Origin: Cenarchaeum sp.
GTDB lineage: Archaea; Thermoproteota; Nitrososphaeria; Nitrososphaerales; Nitrosopumilaceae
Reading direction: 5' to 3'
Assembly (NCBI GenBank): GCA_963693095.2
Contig: OY843768.1
Span: 1,312,001-1,376,000 of the forward strand
DNA: 64,000 nucleotides
In this document: positions 25,825 to 36,026 of the stretch, piece by piece
Layout: each line of letters starts with the position of its first letter
Numbering within the stretch: the stretch's first letter is position 1
Translations under genes and position numbers: made by a program
The notes under the pieces: model-generated
Database searches by the model: none
What the model was told of the DNA's origin: nothing
The model's input: the letters and a program-made list of their open reading frames with translations, nothing else

Positions 25825-27489
25825 ATGTCACTGATACAGATCGCCGGACAGAGCCCCAAGACACAGGGCGCAAAGTCCTCGATCCGCTTTACGCAGAGCA
25901 TATGCCCGGACTGCAACATGATACTCGACGCCGAGGTCTTTGAGCGCGGCGGCCGCGTATACATGACAAAGACGTGCCCCGAGCACGGCGAGTGCGAGGA
26001 GCTCTACTTTGGGTCCTACGAGATGTACAAAAAGTTCAGCACGTACTGGGTCGACGGCAAGGGGGCCCATGCGCCAAACGTTCGCGTGGACACGTGCTCT
26101 TGCCCCAACAACTGCGGACTCTGCACGAGCCACCTCTCGCACAGTGGCCTGGCAAACATGATAGTCACGAACAGGTGCGACCTGACATGCTGGTACTGCT
26201 TTTTCTATGTGAAAAAGGGCCTAGAGGGCGCATACATGTACGAGCCAGACCACGCTCAGATACGCGCAATGATGAAGACGCTGCGCGCCGAGAGGCCAAT
26301 ACCGGGCAACTCGATGCAGATTACCGGCGGCGAGCCGATGCTCCGCGAGGACATTACCGATGTCATCAGCATAATGAAGGAGGAGGGCGTCGACCACATA
26401 CAGATGAACACGAATGGCATCCGCCACGCCATGGATCCAGAGGCCGCGCGCGAGGTCAGGCTAGCCGGCTGCAACAACCTCTATCTCAGCTTTGACGGCG
26501 TGACTGCGCGCACAAACCCAAAGAACCACTGGGAGATACCGCACGCCCTTGACAGTTGCCGCAAGACCGGCACGACCGTCGTCTTTGTTCCCACCGTCAT
26601 AAAGTCGATAAACGACCACGAGCTCGGCGGAATCATCCGCTATGCGCAAAAGAACATGGACGTCGTCCACGCCGTCAACTTTCAGCCAGTGTCACTCACG
26701 GGTCGCATGGGCAAGCAAGAGCGTGAAAAGTACAGGATTACGATACCGGACTGCATACAGAGGATAGAGGAGCAGACTGCCGGCGAGGTCACGATCGACG
26801 ACTGGTTCCCCGTCCCGAGCTGCATGCCGCTGACGAACGTCATCGAGGCGTTCTCTAGCAAGCCAAAGTACGAGCTCTCGATACACTTTGCGTGCGGGGC
26901 CGGCACGTATGTCTTTGAGGACGAGGACACGCGCAAGTTTGTCCCGATAACGAAATTCTGCGACATACAGGGAATGCTCGAGCTCTTTGAGGACAAGTCA
27001 GAAGAGATTCGCTCCGGCAAGAACAAGTACTTTACAATGCTAGAGGTCGTGCGCAAGCTCTCCTCGTTCATCGACAAGAAAAAGCAGCCCGCCGGCCTCG
27101 ACCTCGCAAAGATGTTTGGCAACATACTCATGAAGCGCACGTTTGACTCAGTCGGCTCTTGGCACGTAAAGGGTCTCTTTTTGGGCATGATGCACTTTCA
27201 GGACAAGTACAATGAGGATCTCGAGCGCCTCCAGCGCTGTGACATACACTATCTCACGCCTGACCTCAGGATTGTGCCGTTCTGCGCGTTCAACGTCATA
27301 CCCGAGTGGTATCGTGATCGCATCCAGAAAAAATACTCAATAAGCGTCGAGGAGTGGGAGGAGCGCGAGGGCACAAAGCTCGAGGACGGCCTCTATCGCG
27401 GCCTCATGAGGCGCGGTGCCGGAGACGAGCTTGCAGCAGGCTGCGCAAAGTCGCAGATGATGCACGAGGCCTCGCAGGCCACAGTCTAG
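25825..27489 (+). CDS. tes: Radical SAM tetraether lipid synthase (Tes / GDGT-MAS, MJ0619 family)
   Basis: N-terminal CPDC..CPEHG, CPNNCGLC..H, CDLTCWYC radical SAM motif, C-terminal RCDIHY..PFCAFN. Confidence 0.88.
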   Translation: MSLIQIAGQSPKTQGAKSSIRFTQSICPDCNMILDAEVFERGGRVYMTKTCPEHGECEELYFGSYEMYKKFSTYWVDGKGAHAPNVRVDTCSCPNNCGLCTSHLSHSGLANMIVTNRCDLTCWYCFFYVKKGLEGAYMYEPDHAQIRAMMKTLRAERPIPGNSMQITGGEPMLREDITDVISIMKEEGVDHIQMNTNGIRHAMDPEAAREVRLAGCNNLYLSFDGVTARTNPKNHWEIPHALDSCRKTGTTVVFVPTVIKSINDHELGGIIRYAQKNMDVVHAVNFQPVSLTGRMGKQEREKYRITIPDCIQRIEEQTAGEVTIDDWFPVPSCMPLTNVIEAFSSKPKYELSIHFACGAGTYVFEDEDTRKFVPITKFCDIQGMLELFEDKSEEIRSGKNKYFTMLEVVRKLSSFIDKKKQPAGLDLAKMFGNILMKRTFDSVGSWHVKGLFLGMMHFQDKYNEDLERLQRCDIHYLTPDLRIVPFCAFNVIPEWYRDRIQKKYSISVEEWEEREGTKLEDGLYRGLMRRGAGDELAAGCAKSQMMHEASQATV

Positions 27490-27553
27490 GGCACTTCCCG
27501 GCACACAGCACTGCACACCAGGATTTACATTTCACGGCAGGCGATCGGCTCGC

Positions 27554-28501
27554 CTATGCGGCAATGCGCGCGTAAAACTCGTCATATGCCGGACCGAGCG
27601 CCTCACTAGAGAATCGCTCGATGACGCGCCGGCGCGCAGTCTCGGCTAGGCGTTTGGCCATCTCGGGGTCATCAAGCAGCGAGTTGACCGCATCGGCCAG
27701 TGCGGGAGCATCGCCGGGCGGCACGAGAAGGCCGGTCTTGCCATGCTCTATTATCTCGGGGATGCCGCCGACGTTCGAGCCGACTGCGGGTATGCCGAGG
27801 TACTGGGCCTCCTTTGTCGCGTTTGGTATGCTCTCGGCGAGTGACGGCTGCACAAAGACGTCCGAGGAGGCCAGCGTCCCCATGGCATCGCTCCACGGCA
27901 GTGACACACAGTACTTCACCGTGGCCCTGATCGACTTTTCGGCTGCGCGCAGCGTGGCGATCCCCTTTTCGGGACTGTCGCGCCCGACATACGAGACAGT
28001 CGGGCCGCTGTGCTCTGATCGCGCGATCTGGCCAAACCTCGACGTGTCTAGCGGACCGAGGAGAACCTCGAGGTTCACGCCAAGCCTCCTTGCGTACCTT
28101 TGGCGCACGTCCTCAGAGTCAGTCGTGAGCGCGTCTGCCCACGAGAGGGCGCGAGGCTCGACGGCAGTGACTGCCGAGTGCGCAACGCCGGGGTGTATCA
28201 TGCCAAACTGCTCCGAGTACACGCCGCCTAGCGTGAGCACGCGGCGGCGCGCGTGCGCGAGTCGCATCGCGAGCGCGGCCGGCATGCCAAACGCGTGAAC
28301 GATGTCATGGCGCCGTCTTGTGAGCGCGGCCTTTAGGGCAGAGGCCACGGCAAATGACGGCTGGGCCGCGTTTCTTGCGTGAATGTACGGCGCGCGCAAG
28401 AGCTCGACATCATGTCCGCGCGCGCGCATCATCTCAGAGACCTGGACCGCATACATGCCGGTTCCGCCCGTGTATCGCGAGGCGACATAGAGGATCTTCA
28501 T
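27554..28501 (-). CDS. Glycosyltransferase family 4 (GT-B)
   Basis: YVGR..EKG, DVFVQPSLAESIP..KEA..G.P.VGSNVGGIPE. Confidence 0.92.
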   Translation of the reverse strand: MKILYVASRYTGGTGMYAVQVSEMMRARGHDVELLRAPYIHARNAAQPSFAVASALKAALTRRRHDIVHAFGMPAALAMRLAHARRRVLTLGGVYSEQFGMIHPGVAHSAVTAVEPRALSWADALTTDSEDVRQRYARRLGVNLEVLLGPLDTSRFGQIARSEHSGPTVSYVGRDSPEKGIATLRAAEKSIRATVKYCVSLPWSDAMGTLASSDVFVQPSLAESIPNATKEAQYLGIPAVGSNVGGIPEIIEHGKTGLLVPPGDAPALADAVNSLLDDPEMAKRLAETARRRVIERFSSEALGPAYDEFYARIAA

Positions 28502-29991
28502 CGGCGCCCTGCCCCCAGCTCGCGCACGACGGCGCCGACGAGGGCGCGCGTCCTCGAGTCAGCCGCATATGTCAGCGCGCCATATGCGCCAATGCCGATT
28601 AGGGCGAGGGCCATTATGTGCGGCGCAAGCTCCAGTGCGCCATCAAGGCCGTAGAGAAGCTGCCCAGAGACCGCATAGACTGCCCCAAACGAGGCTGCCG
28701 CACACAGTGCGTGCGCTGCGGCACGGCGCGCGCGCACGAGGGAGAACTCCCCGCGTGCGATCACGCAGACGTGCGCAAAGTGCGGAACCTGCATTGCGAG
28801 CGCAAGGGCCGCCCAATAGACCACGAGCGTTGGCTCGTCGATGCCGAGCGGCACGAGGGCGACTAGCATGACGGCGAGTGCGACGAGGTATGCGCCGCGC
28901 TGCATGACTATGAGTGACGGGATCGAGAAGAGGCGGCTGCGCGCATGCTCGACGGCAGTAGCGTCACCGGCATCAACGTCCTCTATTCCGGTGAGCGCGC
29001 GCGCAAGCACGTTGGTCACCATGCGCATCGAGACTAGGGCTGCGAGTATTGGCACTGCCGGTGCGGCGGCCGCATATGAGGGCCCGAGGGCGCGGAGGGC
29101 CGGCTCGGCGAGCGCAGAGGCCATCGCGGCGAGCGGAAAGACCATGTAGAGCACGAGTGCGAGGTTTTCGCGCAGGCCTTCCCGTGCGCCTCCGGCAAGG
29201 AGGCTCGGGTAGAGCGCCGTGTTGACGCGCTCGGCATGCGCTGCGATGAGGGCGATCGTGCGGGCCGCAATCCAGTACGCAACGCCGACGAGCGAGCCGG
29301 TGATCACGGTAAAGACGACAATGTCTGACTTTGAGAGGAGCGGCACGAGGTTGCGCCATGCGGGTATCCACGAGAGGCGCAGCCATCGTCTTATGCGCGA
29401 CGGCTCCAGTGCGCCGGCGAGCCTAGAGCGCGACATTGCGGCAAGAATTGCGGCATTGAGGGCAGAGCCTGCCAGGGCCGCGGCGATAACGCCGTCGATT
29501 CCCATCGAGAGGCCCATGACCAGGCCTAGTGCGAGGGCAGTCTTTGCTGCCGAGCCTACCAGGAGCGCATACTCTACGCCATGCGGGCGGTGGGTCAGCG
29601 TTATTGACGCCAGGGCGCGGCGGACCATCTCGGAGGGAACAATGACTGCGGCGAGCGCAAGAATGCCGACATCAACGCCTCCGGCAGGCGCCAGAACGTA
29701 TGCCATTGCCACATACGCCAAGGTGGCAGCACCAGAGAGCGCCGCACTAGAGGCCACTGCCGTGCGCGCAACTGCAAGGCCGCGCGCCGCATCGCGCGTG
29801 GCCCAGTACGAGACGACTGGGTCAAGGAGGAGCGCATACGTCAAGAGGACCCATATCGCGCCCCACGCGCCATACTCCTCGATGGGCAGGCCGCGCGCGA
29901 TGACTAGCGTAAAGGCCAGGCCGAGGACCAGCGTCATCGTGCCGGCCGCAAAGGAGGCGAGCCCAGAGTACGTCACGCGGATGCCAGGCAT
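28498..29991 (-). CDS. Polysaccharide flippase / MOP-type membrane protein
   Basis: Many hydrophobic segments, ARGLPIEEYGAW motif; ATG 29991 with TTATA upstream; stop overlaps the GT4 start. Confidence 0.8.
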   Translation of the reverse strand: MPGIRVTYSGLASFAAGTMTLVLGLAFTLVIARGLPIEEYGAWGAIWVLLTYALLLDPVVSYWATRDAARGLAVARTAVASSAALSGAATLAYVAMAYVLAPAGGVDVGILALAAVIVPSEMVRRALASITLTHRPHGVEYALLVGSAAKTALALGLVMGLSMGIDGVIAAALAGSALNAAILAAMSRSRLAGALEPSRIRRWLRLSWIPAWRNLVPLLSKSDIVVFTVITGSLVGVAYWIAARTIALIAAHAERVNTALYPSLLAGGAREGLRENLALVLYMVFPLAAMASALAEPALRALGPSYAAAAPAVPILAALVSMRMVTNVLARALTGIEDVDAGDATAVEHARSRLFSIPSLIVMQRGAYLVALAVMLVALVPLGIDEPTLVVYWAALALAMQVPHFAHVCVIARGEFSLVRARRAAAHALCAAASFGAVYAVSGQLLYGLDGALELAPHIMALALIGIGAYGALTYAADSRTRALVGAVVRELGAGRR

Positions 29992-30102
29992 TGCCGGAGC
30001 AGCAGAAGCGCCGAGGCTATAAGTGAGCTCGCCGTGCCGTGCGCGCACGCGCGCACGCAGACCACGGCACACTTTAAAGGATCACACCACGCAACATGGC
30101 CC

Positions 30103-31074
30103 ATGGGCGCAGATGACCCGCTCATTGTCGGGAGCGCCGCGCAGCGCAGGGACCTCATGGGGCGTGGTGGCCGGATCAGCCTCGCAAAGATGCGCGTTCA
30201 GGGCAGGCTAGCGCCGCACAGGCGCGCATATCGCATTGCGCGCTCGCTGCACATCACGTACGGCCGGATCGTCGGCCCGCTCCACACGCTTCCCAACGTC
30301 TACATCATCGGCTTTCCAAAGTGCGGCACGACGTCACTCCACGCGTACCTCGCCGAGCACCCCGATGTCCACGTTGGCCTCCTAAAGGAGGTCAGGTACT
30401 TTGCGCATGACGAGCGATACAGGCGCGGCCTCAACTGGTACAGGGCAAACTTTCCGCTAAAGGCCCAAAAGGCGCTCCACGAGCGCAGGACGGGGCACAG
30501 GTCCATAGTCATCGACGCCTCAGTCAGGTACGTCAACCACCCGCACGCAATGAGCCGCATAGCCGACGTCACGCCAGACGCCAAGTTCATAGTGCTAGTG
30601 CGAGACCCCATCGAGCGCGCATACTCGCACTATCGCATGAACGTGCGCGTATCTCCGGAGGTGAGCGAGGAGCTCTCCTTTGCCGAGGCCATAGGGAGCG
30701 AGGAGTCGAGGATCGCCGGCGAGTATGAAAGGATGGAGCGTGACGGATCATACTATAGCAGGGCATACTTTGGGTACGGGTACGCGCGCAATGGCTGCTA
30801 TGCGAGGTGGCTTGGCACGTGGCTCGAGGCGTTTCCCGACAGGGTTCTGGTCCTTGACAGCAATGACCTAAAGGCCGACGCGCAGGGCACAACTGACCGC
30901 GTGACTGACTTTGTCGGGATTCGGCGCCGCAGGCTGCACGACACAAGAAAGCGCAACATTGGCGATGGCGGCGATGGCATTGATGCGCAGACTAGGGCGC
31001 GCCTCTCCGAGTACTATCGCCGGCCCAATGCCGAGCTCTACAGGCTCATCGGACGCGATCTCGCGTGGGACTAG
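30103..31074 (+). CDS. PAPS-dependent sulfotransferase
   Basis: IIGFPKCGTTSL (5'-PSB), KEVRYF, VRDPIERAYSHY (3'-PB); TTTAAA at ~30073. Confidence 0.9.
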   Translation: MGADDPLIVGSAAQRRDLMGRGGRISLAKMRVQGRLAPHRRAYRIARSLHITYGRIVGPLHTLPNVYIIGFPKCGTTSLHAYLAEHPDVHVGLLKEVRYFAHDERYRRGLNWYRANFPLKAQKALHERRTGHRSIVIDASVRYVNHPHAMSRIADVTPDAKFIVLVRDPIERAYSHYRMNVRVSPEVSEELSFAEAIGSEESRIAGEYERMERDGSYYSRAYFGYGYARNGCYARWLGTWLEAFPDRVLVLDSNDLKADAQGTTDRVTDFVGIRRRRLHDTRKRNIGDGGDGIDAQTRARLSEYYRRPNAELYRLIGRDLAWD

Positions 31075-31112
31075 CGCACGGCCCACACGGTTAATTAACG
31101 GGAGAGGCACGC

Positions 31113-31922
31113 ATGGATCGCACGAAGCACAACATTGTCGCCGGCCTCGGCGAGATTGGCGGACCTATATCGCGCATACTGCGAAAGGGGTCCCCCACAA
31201 TGGGCTACGACATTGACTCGCAAAAGATGAGGCGCGCAGACTGTCCGGGCGACGTCGAGTGCTCGATGCTCCACGTCTGCATACCGTTCACGCCGTCGTT
31301 TGCGCGCGACGTCACGCGCCTCGTGGGAATGTTCTCCCCCACGTGCGTCGCCATACACAGCACGGTCAGCGCCGGCACGACACGCTCGATGCAGGCCTCC
31401 ATGGGCATACCCATAGTGTATAGCGCGACTAGCGGGATTCACCGCAGGATGGTCCAGGACATAAAACGATACACAAAATTCTACTCTATAGAGCGATCCG
31501 CGCCACGGCGCGAGTGGGCAGCATCACTCTATCGCCGCACGATGCGAAAGTGCGGCATCAGGACAAGGCGCATGTCAAGCCCGCTAACGCTAGAGCTCGC
31601 AAAGGTCCTCTGCGACACGTCATATTACGGGTGGCTCATCAACTATGCGCAGCTCACAAACCTAATCGCGCGCGAGCACGGGGTTGACTATGACGAGATG
31701 TGGCAGTACGCCGAGCCCATACACAAGTTTTTGAAAAACCGCCCAAAGATGTTCCCCGGATACATTGGCGGCCACTGCGTCATACCAAACCTGGATCTGG
31801 TCGGCAACAGGCGGATCAGGCAGGTAAGGGAGATAAATGACGCATATCTCAAAAAGATCCCAAACGCGCGCGCGATAAACCGCAAGTACGAGGGAGACGT
31901 CAGGCGCTCGCGCGAGGGCTAG
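31113..31922 (+). CDS. NDP-sugar dehydrogenase family protein (GDP-mannose/UDP-glucose type, short form)
   Basis: GLGEIG, HSTVSAGTT, ELAKV, PGYIGGHCV. Confidence 0.82.
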   Translation: MDRTKHNIVAGLGEIGGPISRILRKGSPTMGYDIDSQKMRRADCPGDVECSMLHVCIPFTPSFARDVTRLVGMFSPTCVAIHSTVSAGTTRSMQASMGIPIVYSATSGIHRRMVQDIKRYTKFYSIERSAPRREWAASLYRRTMRKCGIRTRRMSSPLTLELAKVLCDTSYYGWLINYAQLTNLIAREHGVDYDEMWQYAEPIHKFLKNRPKMFPGYIGGHCVIPNLDLVGNRRIRQVREINDAYLKKIPNARAINRKYEGDVRRSREG

Positions 31923-32941
31923 GGCGAGAGGCGTCCCTTGACGTACTCGATAGGCCCGACTGGCGTGGGATCCACCCCAAGCATCACTGCCCTGTATATT
32001 GACGCATAGTCTAGCATGTACATCAGCCCAACGAGGCGCGCGAGGATTGACTTGCCCGGTGCGGTGACGACCCTGTGCGATATGCCATGCTGCATGAAAA
32101 AGTCCTCTAGTATGTCCCAGCGCTCCTTTGTCTTTTCATGGTCATCTCCGCCGCGAATTAGTATTGGGCGAACGCGCGAGTCGCGCATCCATGCGACGAT
32201 GCCGTTGTGGCACGCCTCCATGACGTCCTCGGCCATCGCGTGCGTCTTTGCGTTCTCTTGCAGCGAGTTCTTGAAGCGTATGGCCGCCGCGCGCAGGCCC
32301 CACGGATAGTAGACGAGGGGAATGTCCGGAAGCCACTCGGCAAGCGAGAGTGAGGCGTTCTGGGCTGCGAGCTCGGGCCGCGAGATGCTTGGCGCAATCT
32401 CGGCGAGAACTGACATTGACTCGCCGACATCGGCATCTCGAATCGGCAGCTCGTCGCCAAGTGATGCGAGCATTGTGTAGAGAAACGCCGGCAGCGAGGC
32501 CCGTGGCGAGTGCTCCATGCGCACACGCGTGTGCTCAAGGCCCCGCCGTGAGCAATAGTCACCAAGGAGGCCACCATCAGAGAACGACACGGTCCGGCAG
32601 CCGGCCTCCACGGCGAGGCGCAGGACGTGCATCGTCTCGGCCGTGTTGCCCGATATGCTCGTGGCCACGACTAGCGTTCCGGGACCGGCGGTGCGCGGGA
32701 GGTGATACCCCTTTACGACATCAACATGTATGTCATCACCGGAGAGGACCGACTCAAAGAGGTCGCTGATGGCCCCCGAGCCGCCCATGCCGGCGAGCAC
32801 GACGTGGTGCGGCAGCGGGCCACCTGAGCGCTCCGTCACCGAGGCGTACGCCTCGCGCGCCATGGCCGGCCATCGCGAATACGCGCGCGCCATGCCATGC
32901 GTGTCTATCGTCTCCACGGCAGCCGCGTCGATCATGGGCAT
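31919..32941 (-). CDS. Bifunctional phosphoglucose/phosphomannose isomerase (SIS domain)
   Basis: GMGGSG, SISGNTAET, ENAK, EACHN, DPTPV. Confidence 0.9.
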   Translation of the reverse strand: MPMIDAAAVETIDTHGMARAYSRWPAMAREAYASVTERSGGPLPHHVVLAGMGGSGAISDLFESVLSGDDIHVDVVKGYHLPRTAGPGTLVVATSISGNTAETMHVLRLAVEAGCRTVSFSDGGLLGDYCSRRGLEHTRVRMEHSPRASLPAFLYTMLASLGDELPIRDADVGESMSVLAEIAPSISRPELAAQNASLSLAEWLPDIPLVYYPWGLRAAAIRFKNSLQENAKTHAMAEDVMEACHNGIVAWMRDSRVRPILIRGGDDHEKTKERWDILEDFFMQHGISHRVVTAPGKSILARLVGLMYMLDYASIYRAVMLGVDPTPVGPIEYVKGRLSP

Positions 32942-33015
32942 ACCACAACGCCGCACATGACACGCGCGCGTCGGCGGGATTCATTTAAAGCAATGCGGGA
33001 TTGCCCTCGCCACGC

Positions 33016-34062
33016 ATGAAAGACGTGGGGCTCAAGACCGTGGAGTGGAGCGACGGCAGGCTAGTCATGATCGACCAGACGCTGCTGCCCGGCCGCCTAG
33101 AGCACGTGAGGCTCGACACGCACGAGGCAGTCGCCGAGGCGATAAGGACGCTCGTGGTCCGCGGCGCGCCGGCGATCGGCGTGGCCGGCGCGTTTGGCAT
33201 GGCCCTGGCCGCAAAACAGTCAAAGGCCGACTCGCGCGATGCGATGCTCAAGGATCTTGCGCGTGCGCACGAGACGCTCGTCTCGACGCGCCCGACTGCA
33301 GTGAATCTGCGCTGGGCGCTTGATCGCGCAATGGAGGCAGCGCGGCAGGGTGGCGATGGTGCCGAGTCGATCCGGCGCGCAGTCGAGGAGACTGCAGTCA
33401 CAATGGCCCGCGAGGACATTAGCACAAACATGGAGATGGGCAGGCATGGCGCGACCCTAATTGATGACGGCGACACGGTAATGACGCACTGCAATGCAGG
33501 CGCGCTGGCAACTGTCGCATACGGAACTGCCCTGGGAACGATTCGCGCCGCGCGCGACGGCGGCAAGGGAGTCCGCGTCATAGCGACCGAGACTCGGCCA
33601 GTCCAGCAGGGCTCGCGCCTCACGGCCTTTGAGCTCCGCCACGACGGGATTGACGTAAGCCTGATACCGGACACGGCAGTGGGCTATGCGATGGCGCACA
33701 GCATGGTCAACAAGGTCATAGTCGGAGCCGACAGGGTCCTTCGGACCGGCCACGTGTTCAACAAGATCGGCACGTACCAGGTCGCCACGATGGCCCGTGC
33801 GCATGGCGTGCCGTTCTATGTCGCCGCGCCGATATCGACGTTTGACATGGAGTCCTCGCCAGGGGACATTGCCATAGAGCAGCGCGGCGCCGAGGAGGTC
33901 ACCGGCATAGGCGGCAGGCGCACGGCTCCAGAGGGAGTCGGCGTGATAAACCCCGCATTTGACATGACGCCCCCAGACCTCATAACGGGCATCATCACCG
34001 AGCGCGGCGTGGCGGGGGCTCCCCTAGAGGCCTCGATAGCGGCGTTATTCGAAGCTAAGTAG
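33016..34062 (+). CDS. mtnA: S-methyl-5-thioribose-1-phosphate isomerase
   Basis: VRGAPAIG, RPTAVNL, THCNAGALAT, ETRP..QG.RLT, NKIGTY, NPAFD. Confidence 0.93.
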   Translation: MKDVGLKTVEWSDGRLVMIDQTLLPGRLEHVRLDTHEAVAEAIRTLVVRGAPAIGVAGAFGMALAAKQSKADSRDAMLKDLARAHETLVSTRPTAVNLRWALDRAMEAARQGGDGAESIRRAVEETAVTMAREDISTNMEMGRHGATLIDDGDTVMTHCNAGALATVAYGTALGTIRAARDGGKGVRVIATETRPVQQGSRLTAFELRHDGIDVSLIPDTAVGYAMAHSMVNKVIVGADRVLRTGHVFNKIGTYQVATMARAHGVPFYVAAPISTFDMESSPGDIAIEQRGAEEVTGIGGRRTAPEGVGVINPAFDMTPPDLITGIITERGVAGAPLEASIAALFEAK

Positions 34063-34101
34063 CAAAAGAGTTTTTAAGCCATTTTTGGCGCGCGTGTCAC
34101 G

Positions 34102-34752
34102 ATGGGCACAGTGAGCGCAAAGGCCGTCGAGGACTCTCTTCGGCAGTGCATGGATCCCGAGATACCGATAAACATAGTCGACATGGGCCTCATATACGGC
34201 ATCGACGTCGATGACGGCGACAATGTCAACGTAAAGATGACAATGACGACTCGCGGCTGCCCGCTGCACGACACGCTCGTGCAGGACACGACACGCTACA
34301 TCAAAAAGGTGCCCGGCGTCAACGACGTAAAGGTCGACGTCGTCTGGGAGCCGGCGTGGACCATGGACCGCATGTCCAAGGAGGCAAGGGAGTCGCTAAA
34401 GGGCATGGGTGCCGGCGGCTCGACTCCGGCGCCAATAGACTACGAGCGCGCATTGCCACAGGGCACGGGCAAGCTCTCGCAGCAGGATGACGGCTCACTT
34501 GCGCTGATCAACGAGCACGAGCAGGCGTTCATGGTAAACCAGGCCATAGTCGACTTTTGGAAGTCCTGCAACGGAGAGCGCAAGATAACCGAGCTAGTCG
34601 GCCTCTTTGCAAAGAGCACGGGGTATGAGCGCGGCCAGGTCGAAAAGGAGGTCATGCAGCTCATCGAGCAGCTTCGCGGAGGCGGGCTGATCACGATTCC
34701 TGGAGCCGCTGACGCGCCAAACGTCGACCTAAAGCTCGGGACGTCAAAATAG
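34102..34752 (+). CDS. DUF59 (MIP18/SufT-like Fe-S assembly) domain fused to a PqqD-like domain
   Basis: DPEIPINIVDMGLIY, MTMTTRGCP, VWEPAWT; C-terminal NQAIVDFWKSCNG.RKITEL. Confidence 0.85.
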   Translation: MGTVSAKAVEDSLRQCMDPEIPINIVDMGLIYGIDVDDGDNVNVKMTMTTRGCPLHDTLVQDTTRYIKKVPGVNDVKVDVVWEPAWTMDRMSKEARESLKGMGAGGSTPAPIDYERALPQGTGKLSQQDDGSLALINEHEQAFMVNQAIVDFWKSCNGERKITELVGLFAKSTGYERGQVEKEVMQLIEQLRGGGLITIPGAADAPNVDLKLGTSK

Positions 34753-34836
34753 CGGCTCGGCGGGGCGCCAGCCATGGCAAAACCGACCCTGTCCTGCACG
34801 AACGACTAAAACGTGGGCATGTGCGCGCGTGTGCGC

Positions 34837-35298
34837 ATGAAGTGCCTCTCGATATCGCAGCCATACGCCGAGCTCGTCGTCTCGGGAACAAAGACAATAG
34901 AGCTGCGAACGTGGAACACAAAGTTTCGCGGCGAGTTTCTGGTCCATGCGCCGCGCCGCATCAAGGTCGGCGACTGTGCGCGCCTGGGGATTTCGCGCGC
35001 GACGCTCGTGACCGGTGCGATCATTGGCAGTGCCGTGATCCACGGCGTCACAAGGTACCCGTCGATTGCCGCCGCAATGGCAGACTCGGCGCGCCATTGC
35101 GCCACGCGCGCAATGCTCAGCTCGCGCAGGTCCATATACGGCTTTGAGCTGCGCGGTGCCAAGAGATTTCGAGTCGCGGTCCCGTGCGCCGGCAGGCTTG
35201 GCCTCTTTGAGGCGCCTGCGCAGCGTGTCTCCAATGCCGAGCTCGTAACGGAGCTCCTCGAAGAAGAGCACCGCTATGGGCTAGTCGGCCACCACTAG
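34837..35298 (+). CDS. ASCH domain protein
   Basis: LSISQPYAELVVSG.KTIELR.W, GRLGLF. Confidence 0.88.
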   Translation: MKCLSISQPYAELVVSGTKTIELRTWNTKFRGEFLVHAPRRIKVGDCARLGISRATLVTGAIIGSAVIHGVTRYPSIAAAMADSARHCATRAMLSSRRSIYGFELRGAKRFRVAVPCAGRLGLFEAPAQRVSNAELVTELLEEEHRYGLVGHH

Positions 35299-35996
35299 GG
35301 CGTCGCGCCAAAGAGAAACTCGACGGTGTGCTCGCCGGCCTGCCCTGATGCGCTCACGGTGTGTGCAGAGCCGGCCTGCCATCCGTCCCCGCCTGCAAAC
35401 TCCATGGCCGAGTATGACCCGTCTGATCCGGCCATTGCAGTCTCCTCCCAGAGCGTCCCGCCCGGACCGCTTATCGCAAGCGAGACTGCAGAGCCCGGCT
35501 CGGCGCGTCCGCTAACGACGATAACCTCGCCTTGCGTGTATGCGCCCTTGTCAGTGTACAGCATTGTGCCACCATCACGAAGTGGCGCCGCCCCCGTACC
35601 CGCAGTCATGGACACGCCATATGCGCCCGCAGAGACTGCAATTGCGACAATGATCACTGCGGCAATGACGGTCTTTTTCGTCGGTCTCTGGCGCACGCGA
35701 TCCACAACCGAGCCAGCAATGCGCACTATGCGTCGGCCACGTTTCTGCGGCCCGACGGCGTGCCTAGCCGAGGACGTCGGCATCTGCGGTGCGCGTGGCG
35801 GACTCTGCGCCTTGCTGCGTACCCTGTCCCTTCGTGGGCCCAGGTGGGCAGCAACGAGGCGCATGACATACTCGTGCTCGGCAGCCGAGACGACCTCGTC
35901 GCGCATGATTGCGCGCCTAATCTGGCGCAGCTCGTCAGCATCTCCCACACCCGCGTCGATAAGGCGGTCAATCTCACCCGTGCCAAACTGCGCCAT
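35295..35996 (-). CDS. Hypothetical single-pass membrane protein
   Basis: TM VIAAVIIVAIAVSAGAYGV, then beta-rich YTDK..Y..GEVIVVSG domain. Confidence 0.75.
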   Translation of the reverse strand: MAQFGTGEIDRLIDAGVGDADELRQIRRAIMRDEVVSAAEHEYVMRLVAAHLGPRRDRVRSKAQSPPRAPQMPTSSARHAVGPQKRGRRIVRIAGSVVDRVRQRPTKKTVIAAVIIVAIAVSAGAYGVSMTAGTGAAPLRDGGTMLYTDKGAYTQGEVIVVSGRAEPGSAVSLAISGPGGTLWEETAMAGSDGSYSAMEFAGGDGWQAGSAHTVSASGQAGEHTVEFLFGATP

Positions 35997-36026
35997 TGCC
36001 GGCGCGGCTGCGCACGCACGTGTTGT

